Source: Smithella sp. | GTDB taxonomy: Bacteria > Desulfobacterota > Syntrophia > Syntrophales > Smithellaceae | NCBI GenBank assembly: GCA_052139735.1 | Contig: JBKQWB010000014.1 | Location: 6,466 to 70,465 of the forward strand | Direction: 5' to 3' | Length of the DNA: 64,000 bases | In this document: positions 9,714-18,333 of the stretch, piece by piece | Layout of the letters: every line of letters begins with the position of its first letter | Position numbering within the stretch: position 1 is the stretch's first letter | The notes under the pieces: generated by a model | What the model saw: the letters and a program-made list of their open reading frames with translations, nothing else | Database searches by the model: none | What the model was told of the DNA's origin: nothing | Position numbers and translations under genes: made by a program

Positions 9714-10757
9714 TCAATCAATAAATGTGACTTTATTTTCTCCGGTAATATAAGGTGTTGCCACATAATTTTTCACTTGCTTTTTCCACTTCTCCGAAAA
9801 ACCAGGTCTTAACATAACATAACTATTTTTATTATTCATATTAAATAAATGAAGCCAGAACGCGTCAAAACCGATATAATTTACTACATTGTCCAGCGAT
9901 GCTAAAATAAAAGATTCTTCGACACTCGTTATCCCGCGCAAATCCAAATCAGAAATTCCGTAATGAGCCGAATCCAGATTTTTCTCATTCCCAGTTCCGG
10001 TATGAATTAATTTTACACCCGTCTCCTGATTGTATTTTTCAGCAAATAGCCATATGGTCTTACCAGCTTTACGAAACTCGGCACTACTCATTCCCAATTT
10101 GAGAGAATCAATATAATTATTAAATATGGAATAATTGTATCCGGAAACTATGCCAAACTTCAACGCCACAGAATCTTTCTCTGTCTGACTAAAATTTAAC
10201 GCCCGGGGGAGGGCGTCATTTAGATTTAAACCTAAATAATCAGCAATATTATTTAGCACCACATTAATTATAGGTTGTGATACTTTAATGTAATTAAAAT
10301 TAATCCAAAGCACATCCTTGTCTCTCAAATGATAAGCCAATTCAGTTCGTGCGACTAATAAGTCATCCTGATTAATCAATGATTTATCAATCACTTTATA
10401 TCCAAGACGCCGAAAATAGAATTCCATTTGCGAGCTGCAGCAAATTGCTAGATTAAAATCAGAGGCAATTAACCTGGCAATGGGTTCACACCACAAAGTA
10501 TCGCCTAAATGAATGAATTTTGGATAATCAAGATATAACACTACGCGCTTCGATTTATCTATTGTTTTATGCTTATAAAAACATTTATTAATTCTATGGA
10601 ATTTAATAAATAATTTATAATAGATTTTTTCTAAAATAATTAGATATTTACCAATCACAAAGTAGCCCTGAGTTTTTGATAAGACACTTCTTTCCGTCAA
10701 AAGAAATATAGGAAAGTCCAGTTCGCATGTCAACATTATTAATCCGGAAAATTCCAA
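9714..10757 (-). CDS. GT9-like glycosyltransferase, paralogue 2 (start uncertain)
   Basis: It shares LYLDYPKFIHLGDTLWCEPIARLI and DLRGITSVEE...IGFDAFWLHL with the neighbouring 309-aa ORF. It is very AT-rich. Confidence 0.4.
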   Translation of the reverse strand: MEFSGLIMLTCELDFPIFLLTERSVLSKTQGYFVIGKYLIILEKIYYKLFIKFHRINKCFYKHKTIDKSKRVVLYLDYPKFIHLGDTLWCEPIARLIASDFNLAICCSSQMEFYFRRLGYKVIDKSLINQDDLLVARTELAYHLRDKDVLWINFNYIKVSQPIINVVLNNIADYLGLNLNDALPRALNFSQTEKDSVALKFGIVSGYNYSIFNNYIDSLKLGMSSAEFRKAGKTIWLFAEKYNQETGVKLIHTGTGNEKNLDSAHYGISDLDLRGITSVEESFILASLDNVVNYIGFDAFWLHLFNMNNKNSYVMLRPGFSEKWKKQVKNYVATPYITGENKVTFID

Positions 10758-10911
10758 AAATGTTTTCAGTGCTACACAGTATTCTTATATATACCCGATG
10801 ATTTTGACTTGACAAGGGAGACAATTAGTCATTATTAAATAGCATGAAGCTAAGTAAAGATAAAGCAGCTCATCTTTCATTGATGCCAACAATGAACTAT
10901 AAGGTTGATAC

Positions 10912-11886
10912 ATGATACTCATTGCCGGCGGTGCCGGATATATCGGATCTCACGCCAATAAAATCCTCAACAAAAAGGGCTACGAAACAGTTGTCTATGA
11001 TAATCTGATCCTGGGTCACCGGGATTTTGTCAAATGGGGCAATTTTGTTCTGGGAGATTTGGCGGATAAGGACAGCTTGCGTCATTGTTTCCAAAACTAC
11101 CAGATTAAAGCAGTTATGCATTATTGTGCATTCTGCTCCACAGGCGAACCCGTCAATAATCCTTCTGAATTTTATCGGAACAACGTAGTTAATACATTAA
11201 ATCTTCTTGACGTCATGGTTGAATACGGAGTGAAATATTTTATTTTTTCTTCCACCTCTGCCATCTATGGTAATCCACTCCAGATTCCGCTGACAGAAAA
11301 TCATCCTCAGCAGCCGATAAATATATATGGCAAATCCAAACTGATGGTTGAACAAATCTTGAAAGATTATGATAAAGCTTATAGCATCCGCCATGTTTGC
11401 CTTCGATATTTCAACGCTGCCGGGGCAGACCCGGAGGGTGAGATAGGTGAATGGCATGAATCTGAGGTGCATTTGATTCCTCTGGCGCTACAGGTTGCGG
11501 CGGGAAAGCGTGATCATATTCAAATCTATGGAACTGATTACGAGACTCCAGACGGCACATGCATCCGTGATTATATCCACATAAATGATTTAGCGGCAGG
11601 CCATCTTCTTGCTCTTGAATACCTGCAGCGTGGCGCCCCTTCAGACACCTTTAATCTTGCCACTGGATACGGGTTTTCCGTTAGAGAAATAATCCATGCG
11701 GTTGAGCGAATTACCGGTAAATCCATCAAAGTTGTCGAAGGGAAAAGGCACCTCGGTGATCCCCCCATCGTAATCGGTAGCTCAGATAAAGCAAGGCGGA
11801 TTCTGAACTGGCAGCCCAAATATCCAGATATCTATGAAATTATCAAAACGGCATGGCATTGGCAGTTGTCAAGGGGCAACGGTTAA
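10912..11886 (+). CDS. galE: UDP-glucose 4-epimerase
   Basis: 324 aa. MILIAGGAGYIGSH Rossmann motif and catalytic YGKSK (YxxxK). Confidence 0.9.
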   Translation: MILIAGGAGYIGSHANKILNKKGYETVVYDNLILGHRDFVKWGNFVLGDLADKDSLRHCFQNYQIKAVMHYCAFCSTGEPVNNPSEFYRNNVVNTLNLLDVMVEYGVKYFIFSSTSAIYGNPLQIPLTENHPQQPINIYGKSKLMVEQILKDYDKAYSIRHVCLRYFNAAGADPEGEIGEWHESEVHLIPLALQVAAGKRDHIQIYGTDYETPDGTCIRDYIHINDLAAGHLLALEYLQRGAPSDTFNLATGYGFSVREIIHAVERITGKSIKVVEGKRHLGDPPIVIGSSDKARRILNWQPKYPDIYEIIKTAWHWQLSRGNG

Positions 11887-11978
11887 AAAACTTTTCGCTA
11901 AATAAATTTGGTAAGGGAAAATATGCTGCGGATGAAACGTATATAAACTATCACAGGTTTGGGCCGATAGTAGTTTAA

Positions 11979-13151
11979 TTATAATTTACTATATATAATT
12001 TCCAAATTATCAATATATTTATCTATATCAAATTGGCATGATGATAGAATAGCGTTGTCAGCCATCGTATTATATAGTTTCTTATCATTAAGGAGATTTA
12101 TAATAGCGGCGGCTATCTCCTCATCTGAGTTATTTGCATCAACTACAAAACCATTATAACCATTTTTGATCAATTCGGGATTACCTCCCCTGTTCGTCGC
12201 GATAACAGGTTTCCCAAAAGATAGTGCTTCGTAAATCACGATAGGGGAATTATCCATGCAGATTGATGGAACGACAACCACGGAAGAATTCAAATAGTAC
12301 TTTACGATTTGATTATTTGGAACACTGCCCGTAAAATTAATACGTCCGGCTAAATTTAAAGACCCGGATAAATTTTTAAGCTTACCCTCCTGCAATCCTG
12401 AACCTATGACAGTAAGTGTTGCATCCGGAATATTCTTAATAACAATGTTAAAAGCTCGTATGAGTGATTCACATCCCTTATTTTCCTCTAACCTGCCTAC
12501 AAAAAGAATTTGTTTTCCCATAGTATTTTCTAAAATATAACTGTGTTTAGTGGTGAAATATGGAAAAACAAATATGTTTTTGAATCCCTGATTCTGCATA
12601 TAATTTTTTAGTAATTCTGTCGCTGTAGTATAACCATTAATCCTCTTTTTCTGAAAATAATGTTTCATTTTAAATAAGTAATAATAAAAGGGGTATAATA
12701 ATGGAGTAATACATCCATGCTTTATGCACTTAATTCCAATTCCTTGTTCACATACTTTCCGCTCATCTTTATGAACACCCCAGAAAGAAGGACAAACAAC
12801 GCCAAAATCATAGATTGTTCTAAATGTTTTATAATTCTTGACCGGCAATAAAAATGTAAGAGCATGCTTGTCTATATTATGAAGATGTATAATATCCGGC
12901 TTGAATGATTTTATTGTTTTTTTGAGCCTGACATACCCTTTTAGATTAATTAAATATTGACAGACATATTTGAGAAAATCAGATTTCGGTTCTTTCATTA
13001 CTATAAGGTTTTTTTCATTTATGTTTTTTCCTCCAAAGCTAAATAATAATATCACATGGCCCCTTTCCTTTAGCTTGGTTATTTGATTATTAATAACAAC
13101 CTCTGCGCCTCCGGTATCAGAATAACGATCGTGCAGCATTAATATCTTCAT
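11979..13151 (-). CDS. Glycosyltransferase, GT4 (GT-B fold)
   Basis: 390 aa. N-terminal MKILMLHDRYSDTGGAE and C-terminal donor-binding region VVPSICMDNSPIVIYEALSFGKPVIATNRGGNPELI. Confidence 0.8.
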   Translation of the reverse strand: MKILMLHDRYSDTGGAEVVINNQITKLKERGHVILLFSFGGKNINEKNLIVMKEPKSDFLKYVCQYLINLKGYVRLKKTIKSFKPDIIHLHNIDKHALTFLLPVKNYKTFRTIYDFGVVCPSFWGVHKDERKVCEQGIGIKCIKHGCITPLLYPFYYYLFKMKHYFQKKRINGYTTATELLKNYMQNQGFKNIFVFPYFTTKHSYILENTMGKQILFVGRLEENKGCESLIRAFNIVIKNIPDATLTVIGSGLQEGKLKNLSGSLNLAGRINFTGSVPNNQIVKYYLNSSVVVVPSICMDNSPIVIYEALSFGKPVIATNRGGNPELIKNGYNGFVVDANNSDEEIAAAIINLLNDKKLYNTMADNAILSSCQFDIDKYIDNLEIIYSKL

Positions 13152-13196
13152 TTTGTTAATTACCTTTTCAATTTTCTAATAGAATGGAATGATTAA

Positions 13197-14225
13197 TTAA
13201 AAGAAAAAGTTTCTAGCGCTTTTTTCAGATCGAATAATGAATCTGGCCGCCTTTTCTATCAATTGCCGAATATTTGTCAGCGCAATAACCGCAAAGCACA
13301 AAAAAAGGCTCACAACATTCTTCACCTGAAAATAATTACTCAAAAACTCGGGTTTTTCATTTCTGACGACGCACATAAATTTTATTATTTCTACTAAACT
13401 GTGGCTTCGCATTACATTATGCCAGACTTCGTTAAATTGACCTTTCATGATAGTGTCTATCATGGTTTTTTCCCACGCTACCAACAGGACTTTGTCATGG
13501 CCTCTATTCAGCGCATATTCAAGTGGTTTTGTAATAAAAGCAAAGTTGGCGGCAAATTGACGAAAATCCATGGCTCGCGATAAATTATTACTGTGCTTGC
13601 GCCATACTCCGGCTATCCTTTCGCTCAGTATCACATTCCCGTGCAAAACCAGTCTTAATAAAGATTCCCAGTCGGCACTGGAAATATCAACGCTATAAAA
13701 TCCAATCCCGCAAGCCGTTTGCCGGTGATATAGACTTGTAAGATGAGGGATTTTGTAGCGATGCCAATTTAAAAATAAATTTCCCCCTTCTATAAAAAGC
13801 TGTTCGTTAACGATACGATGAGTTTCAGGGGAACGAAATCCCTGCTGCCGGACACTCATTACACCCGCTGTAAAAAGAACAACATTTTCATAACGGCTTA
13901 TCTGCTGCATAGCAAAGGAAATATAATTCTCATCAGTCAGATAATCATCACCGTCCAGATTTAAAACCCAGTCGCCACTGGCAAGTTCATATAAGGAGCG
14001 CCTGTAATTTGCGGTTTTGCCCAGATTGATCTCGTTTCTGTAATATTTAAATCGTTTGTCGCTTACAAACTTCAGCGCAATTTCTGAAGTATTATCAGAA
14101 GAGCAATCATCGACAACGATAATTTCGAGATTAGGATAATCCTGATCAAGCGCGCTTTGAATGGCAATTTCTAAATAAGCGGCTTGATTATAAGTCGGGA
14201 TCATAATTGTAACGGGTAGTTTCAT
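13197..14225 (-). CDS. Glycosyltransferase, GT2
   Basis: IMIPTYNQAAYLEIAIQSALDQDYPNLEIIVVDDCSSD and a DGDD (DxD) motif. C-terminal hydrophobic helix. Confidence 0.85.
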   Translation of the reverse strand: MKLPVTIMIPTYNQAAYLEIAIQSALDQDYPNLEIIVVDDCSSDNTSEIALKFVSDKRFKYYRNEINLGKTANYRRSLYELASGDWVLNLDGDDYLTDENYISFAMQQISRYENVVLFTAGVMSVRQQGFRSPETHRIVNEQLFIEGGNLFLNWHRYKIPHLTSLYHRQTACGIGFYSVDISSADWESLLRLVLHGNVILSERIAGVWRKHSNNLSRAMDFRQFAANFAFITKPLEYALNRGHDKVLLVAWEKTMIDTIMKGQFNEVWHNVMRSHSLVEIIKFMCVVRNEKPEFLSNYFQVKNVVSLFLCFAVIALTNIRQLIEKAARFIIRSEKSARNFFF

Positions 14226-14240
14226 AATATGACTTTATTT

Positions 14241-14904
14241 CTACTTATTGTAAACCAGGTCCTTGATGATTGTCTTCAATCCTGTAGGTAATATTCTTGA
14301 AAGAAATTGACGCACCATACTCTTTGCTTTGAAAATAATAATGTGGAGCTCATTTACTTTTTTGCAACGTCTGAGCCTGATGATGGAATACAAGTCAAAA
14401 TCATCAAGATTCTTCTCGGCAAAAATAAGCGGTTTGCAGGCCTTAACAAATACCCCGGGCACCGCGGAATCTTTTTCAATCGTCTCGATGACCAGATCCA
14501 TAAATATCACATTCATATCGCCAGAAGTCGAATGGATAACCATGGTAAGCAAACCCCCTGGACCTGGTTGTCAATAGCAAAATACCGTTTGGCTTCAGAA
14601 CATTCTTCAAGTTTGAGATTGCACTACGCCAGTTGCGAACATGTTCTAACAGCTCAGTACAAATAATCACGTCAAAGCTTTCTTTCCCGTAACGGTTAAT
14701 AAGACCACTGACATCGCATATTTCATCAACGCCGGGACCTGTGGAAATATCAATACCCAGGTAACTTGATGGTTCGAAATCGCAAACAAACGCCCTGAAT
14801 GAACCATTGATATTAAGCGCTCCAACTTCCAGCACCTTTTTATTTATTACTTCTTCGCGGGAAAGATGAGACTGTCCAAATTGGATACATGATGGATTGC
14901 ACAT
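14241..14904 (-). pseudogene. Class I SAM-dependent methyltransferase split by a frameshift
   Basis: ORF 14476..14904 carries motif [13 protein letters not shown], plus [13 protein letters not shown] and [11 protein letters not shown], and ends ...[21 protein letters not shown] 14241..14552 continues in another frame with ...[30 protein letters not shown], a typical C-terminal continuation. The two frames overlap at 14476-14552. Confidence 0.6.
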
Positions 14905-14970
14905 GCTAACGCCTTATTTATTTTTACTGTTATATTTAATCTTAAAAAAAGAACAGGTGTTCATCATGGC

Positions 14971-15843
14971 TTAAAAATCTGCAAAGCTATGTCTTACTCT
15001 TCTTATGAGTTTTTGGAAGAAGGGTATATCCGAATCATAATTAGGCGTCAGACACATTACCAGAGGCACTTCCAGCACCTTTTCATGATGCATCCCATGA
15101 CCCCAGAGATTATCCTCGCCCCAGCAGTCGCCGTGGTCGGCGCAAATGATCGTGTTGCTTTCGGTAAAATATTCCAATAATGATTTGAGATTGGCATCCA
15201 CATATTCCAGACACGCCTTCTGACGGGTCCGACATTCAACAGCATCGTTTGTCTCTCCTGCCATCGGCTGACAGGGATTGATCTCCTTGCTCCAGGGAGC
15301 TCCTTTGAAGTAATAAGGGAAATGGGTCTCTCCAATGTTAAGAAAGAGAAAAACCGGCTCATCGTTTATTTTAAGTTTTTCGTTTATCCAGTTCAGTTGC
15401 TTTTCCAGAAACCAGACATTGCCGGGGAAGTAGAAATCGTGAAAATCGCGGGTCAGGACACGTCCGGTTTCGCGGGAGGAATCGAACCAGAAGAGAGCTC
15501 CTGTTCCTATGCAATGATAACCTCGAATTTTAAAACCATTGACGATATTCTCGCCGTCCAAAATAAAGCGGTGTTTCCCGGGGCCAGAAAATCCTCCCCC
15601 CCGCATCTTGAATATTTTACCAAACATAGGATTGACAAAGGATTCGGATGCCTCAGCTACTCCGGGCGTGAAACCCATAAACATTGCGGCATGAGAGGAA
15701 TAGGTGAAATTGCCTGGCGCCATGCAGCGGTAAACCGGACCGACGGCGCGTAAATTCGGAATCTCCGCACCAATGAACGTATCATAACGGCAGGAATCCA
15801 ATGTGATAAAAAGGACTGATTCAGGTCGGGCTTTTTGAAGCAC
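14971..15843 (-). CDS. Alkaline-phosphatase-superfamily enzyme (sulfatase / nucleotide-pyrophosphatase-like), soluble
   Basis: LFITLDSCRYDTF (metal-site Asp strand), NFTYSSHAAMFMG (nucleophile-region pattern) and ADHGDCWGE...GHG (distal metal site). The ORF track starts at TTG 15882. GTG 15843 has the better SD (AGAGGGG). Confidence 0.55.
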   Translation of the reverse strand: MLQKARPESVLFITLDSCRYDTFIGAEIPNLRAVGPVYRCMAPGNFTYSSHAAMFMGFTPGVAEASESFVNPMFGKIFKMRGGGFSGPGKHRFILDGENIVNGFKIRGYHCIGTGALFWFDSSRETGRVLTRDFHDFYFPGNVWFLEKQLNWINEKLKINDEPVFLFLNIGETHFPYYFKGAPWSKEINPCQPMAGETNDAVECRTRQKACLEYVDANLKSLLEYFTESNTIICADHGDCWGEDNLWGHGMHHEKVLEVPLVMCLTPNYDSDIPFFQKLIRRVRHSFADF

Positions 15844-16254
15844 AGCGATATCCCCTCTTTTTTTGAAAAAGCATAAGAACAAGCTTAATATATGTCAAGA
15901 AAATCTTTGGCAAAAATTGAGATGCGGCGTCAGGATTTGTTGTCAGGCTTGAATTCTTTAGCGAACGCATTCACCATAGCTTGCTGCAAAGTAAGCGAGC
16001 GAATACTGAATGATTTTATTCCTTATGTATGAATCGAAGCTCCTTTGTGGCTTACCGTGAAGAGCTTCAGTAGTATGAACTGGAAAAATAAAAAAAACAA
16101 GCTTAGAGGAAGAAATAATAATGTCCCCATATCAATGAAAGCGATTCATTATCAAATTCAATCCTGTTTACGGTTTTTTCTACATATTTGGGGGTCAGTT
16201 GAGGTAATCCTGTTTTGATTGGCACCCCATGCCTATTTTCGTTGGCGCGTTACA

Positions 16255-16770
16255 CTACGTAATGGAAAAGTGCTCCTCCAGTCTTTTTCGTCGTTCTTCA
16301 GCACTGACATCATATAAATCTAACCGGTTTGGGTTAGTTTCTAACTTTGCAAGCACGTCAGTGGCCTTGCCAATGATCTTGGCCGGATTGCCAATGACAA
16401 GAGAATCATCAGGGATCTTGCCACTCACTACAGCTCCGGCACCAATAATACAGTCCTGTCCAATTTCAGTGCCGGGCAAAACGATAGCATCCTGACCTAT
16501 AAAAGATCGAGATCCGATTCTAATTCGCCCAAACACTTGAATGCCAGGGTGCTTATGTCGTATCATTGAGGCAAGCCCGTTATGTGTCAAAAATTTTGCG
16601 CCGCCGGCAATGGCCACATTGTCACCAATATCTATGAGATAGGGATCAGTCGAAAACTCCGTCGCGTAGATCCTGCAGGATTTACCGATTCTGACGCCTC
16701 GGCTACGAAGTTCCTTGATTCTTTGTTCGTCAATCTGCATCTGAGTCCTTTTAAACAACCGCCAGAACAT
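16255..16770 (-). CDS. Hexapeptide-repeat (LbH) sugar O-acetyltransferase
   Basis: IGDNVAIAGGAKFLTHNG, IGSRSFIGQDAIVLPGTEIGQDCIIGAGAVVSGKIPDDSLVIGNPAKIIG. ATG 16770 has SD AAAGGTGG. The ORF track extends to 16812. Confidence 0.8.
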   Translation of the reverse strand: MFWRLFKRTQMQIDEQRIKELRSRGVRIGKSCRIYATEFSTDPYLIDIGDNVAIAGGAKFLTHNGLASMIRHKHPGIQVFGRIRIGSRSFIGQDAIVLPGTEIGQDCIIGAGAVVSGKIPDDSLVIGNPAKIIGKATDVLAKLETNPNRLDLYDVSAEERRKRLEEHFSIT

Positions 16771-16851
16771 ACTGACACCACCTTTAAACATTTGATAAAT
16801 ACTTGCTTTCATGGGAAGAGAGTGTAGGAAGTTTATAATTGTATGTCAAAC

Positions 16852-16879
16852 GAATTTTGGATAATGAATTTTGGATAAA
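16852..16879. repeat. Tandem 14-bp direct repeat upstream of the acetyltransferase promoter region
   Basis: GAATTTTGGATAAT followed by GAATTTTGGATAAA. On the minus strand it lies immediately upstream of TTGACA-17 nt-TACACT. Confidence 0.5.
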
Positions 16880-17181
16880 AAATGTAAGGGTTGGTGCCGA
16901 TGTTGACATTTATCGGACTTCAGGAAGTTGTCAACAGAAAACTAAAATGATAGATTCTAAAAAACTAAATCATCATCAGAAACGTTGACTGTATCTACAA
17001 CTAAATTAAAATGGGAACAGCCATAACATCAAAATTATCAGTAAATCAATTTTACACCTTAAAAGAAGCTCCTATTCTGATTAAAAGACAGCACGTTCAA
17101 GCCACACAGCTCATTGAATAATCGTCTTCCAGCACCAGAAGTATACCTGAATTAAGAAACAAAAAATTAGCCCCAAACTGA

Positions 17182-17910
17182 TTAACGGCAATACGGCTCG
17201 TTTTTCCTAAGAGCCTGTTGCAGCTTTTCGGAAGAAAAATCGGGAGATTGACAAAGTTCAATGATGGATTGATCTTTTCGGCTGATACGTTCCGCAACCT
17301 CGGGGAGCTTGGCAGCGATCCTGATCGGAATGTTGAGCATCCCATGACAGTCCACATAGAGAAGATCCCCCTGAGACACCGGGAGTCCGAATATTTCGAC
17401 CGGCGTGCCAAAGTCGAGGATGTGCATGAAGGAGTGAGATACCGTGAAAGACTTCGCGAACACCGGGAGCCCCAGCTTTTTGAGGCCGGGAACGTCACGT
17501 ACTGAACCATTGGTAATCACCCCTTCACAGCCGAAGGCTTTGAGAATTGCTCCATGAACATCCCCTATACATGCCCCTTTTCCAGAATCTTCATCCAGTG
17601 TTTCGAACACTGCAACTCTCGGACGCGGCAGACGTTCGATAGCACTCCACCAGTCGGTGCGATCGCTAAATCGCCCCTGAGTCATCGGCGGATCAGATGA
17701 TTTTACTCGAAAAGTTACGGCGTAGCCGAGTATTCGCTCGTCCGGGTTGGTCACAGGGCGGAGACCCGGACGAGTAAACCCTTCGTTGCGGAGTCGGACG
17801 TCAAAGCATTCGATGGCGTCTGCGATGGTGCAGATATCGAATCGTCGAATGGCCTCAAACTGCTCCGGACTCAATATATGCGTTTGAGAAGCGGTATTAT
17901 CGTGATTCAT
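17182..17910 (-). CDS. RraA family protein (RraA / HMG-CHA aldolase-like)
   Basis: 242 aa. ICTIADAIE... and GDVHGAILKAFGCEGVITNGSVRDVPGL are typical of the RraA fold. Confidence 0.7.
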   Translation of the reverse strand: MNHDNTASQTHILSPEQFEAIRRFDICTIADAIECFDVRLRNEGFTRPGLRPVTNPDERILGYAVTFRVKSSDPPMTQGRFSDRTDWWSAIERLPRPRVAVFETLDEDSGKGACIGDVHGAILKAFGCEGVITNGSVRDVPGLKKLGLPVFAKSFTVSHSFMHILDFGTPVEIFGLPVSQGDLLYVDCHGMLNIPIRIAAKLPEVAERISRKDQSIIELCQSPDFSSEKLQQALRKNEPYCR

Positions 17911-17989
17911 GTAGCCTCCTTATTGCGTCGTATTTCCACAGATCCCCCCCTGGGCATGAGTTGAAACTTTAATCTCTTCGGGTCGAATT

Positions 17990-18009
17990 CCCCGCCGCTT
18001 GCGGCGGGG
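17990..18009. other. Perfect 8-bp GC hairpin with CTTG tetraloop in the RraA-like upstream region
   Basis: CCCCGCCG-CTTG-CGGCGGGG. No convincing U-tract on either strand. A C8 run lies at 17943-17950. Confidence 0.5.
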
Positions 18010-18333
18010 TGGTTCATTTCTAAGAAAAAAGATAACCATTTTTTCTGCTGATGTCGACTCAACGCCTCCTCATTAATTGCCTCAAACTAAATATAATCGA
18101 AAGAGATGAATAAAAAGGCTCATTGATTCATAATTTTGTACTAAACCGCAATCTTTGTCAATATTGTTGTGGAACTGTTAATATGTCAATAGTTTCTCGT
18201 GTAGTTTGATGTCGGTTTGGTCTTGTCATAGTGTGGTGATAATAAATCAACTTTGCGCCGACAAGACAATCTTCCCATCTACAAACTGCTTCTGTACTAT
18301 ATTTCGACTATATCCAAATTCTGTGTTCTCTCC

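Noticed and set aside
17011-17121. A 36-codon plus-strand ORF, MGTAITSKLSVNQFYTLKEAPILIKRQHVQATQLIE, faintly resembles the N-terminus of excisionase/MerR-type HTH proteins. It could hint at a mobile-element remnant at the GC-content junction.
   Set aside because: It is too short, has no SD, and has no continuation in any frame after the stop. No integrase or att-like repeats lie nearby. The similarity is only impressionistic.
17945-17985. On the minus strand, GTTTCAACTCATGCCCAGGGGGGGGATCTGTGGAAAT looks superficially like a 37-nt CRISPR repeat (GTTTCAA...GAAAT).
   Set aside because: Only one copy is present, with no spacer-repeat periodicity and no cas genes anywhere in the window.
17975-18010. 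GGGTCGAATTCCCC resembles a tRNA T-arm (GGTTCGAATCC) and is followed by a GC-rich stem.
   Set aside because: The loop register is wrong (TCGAATT rather than TTCGAAT). I could not fold an acceptor stem, D-arm or anticodon arm from the flanks. It is more simply described as a hairpin.
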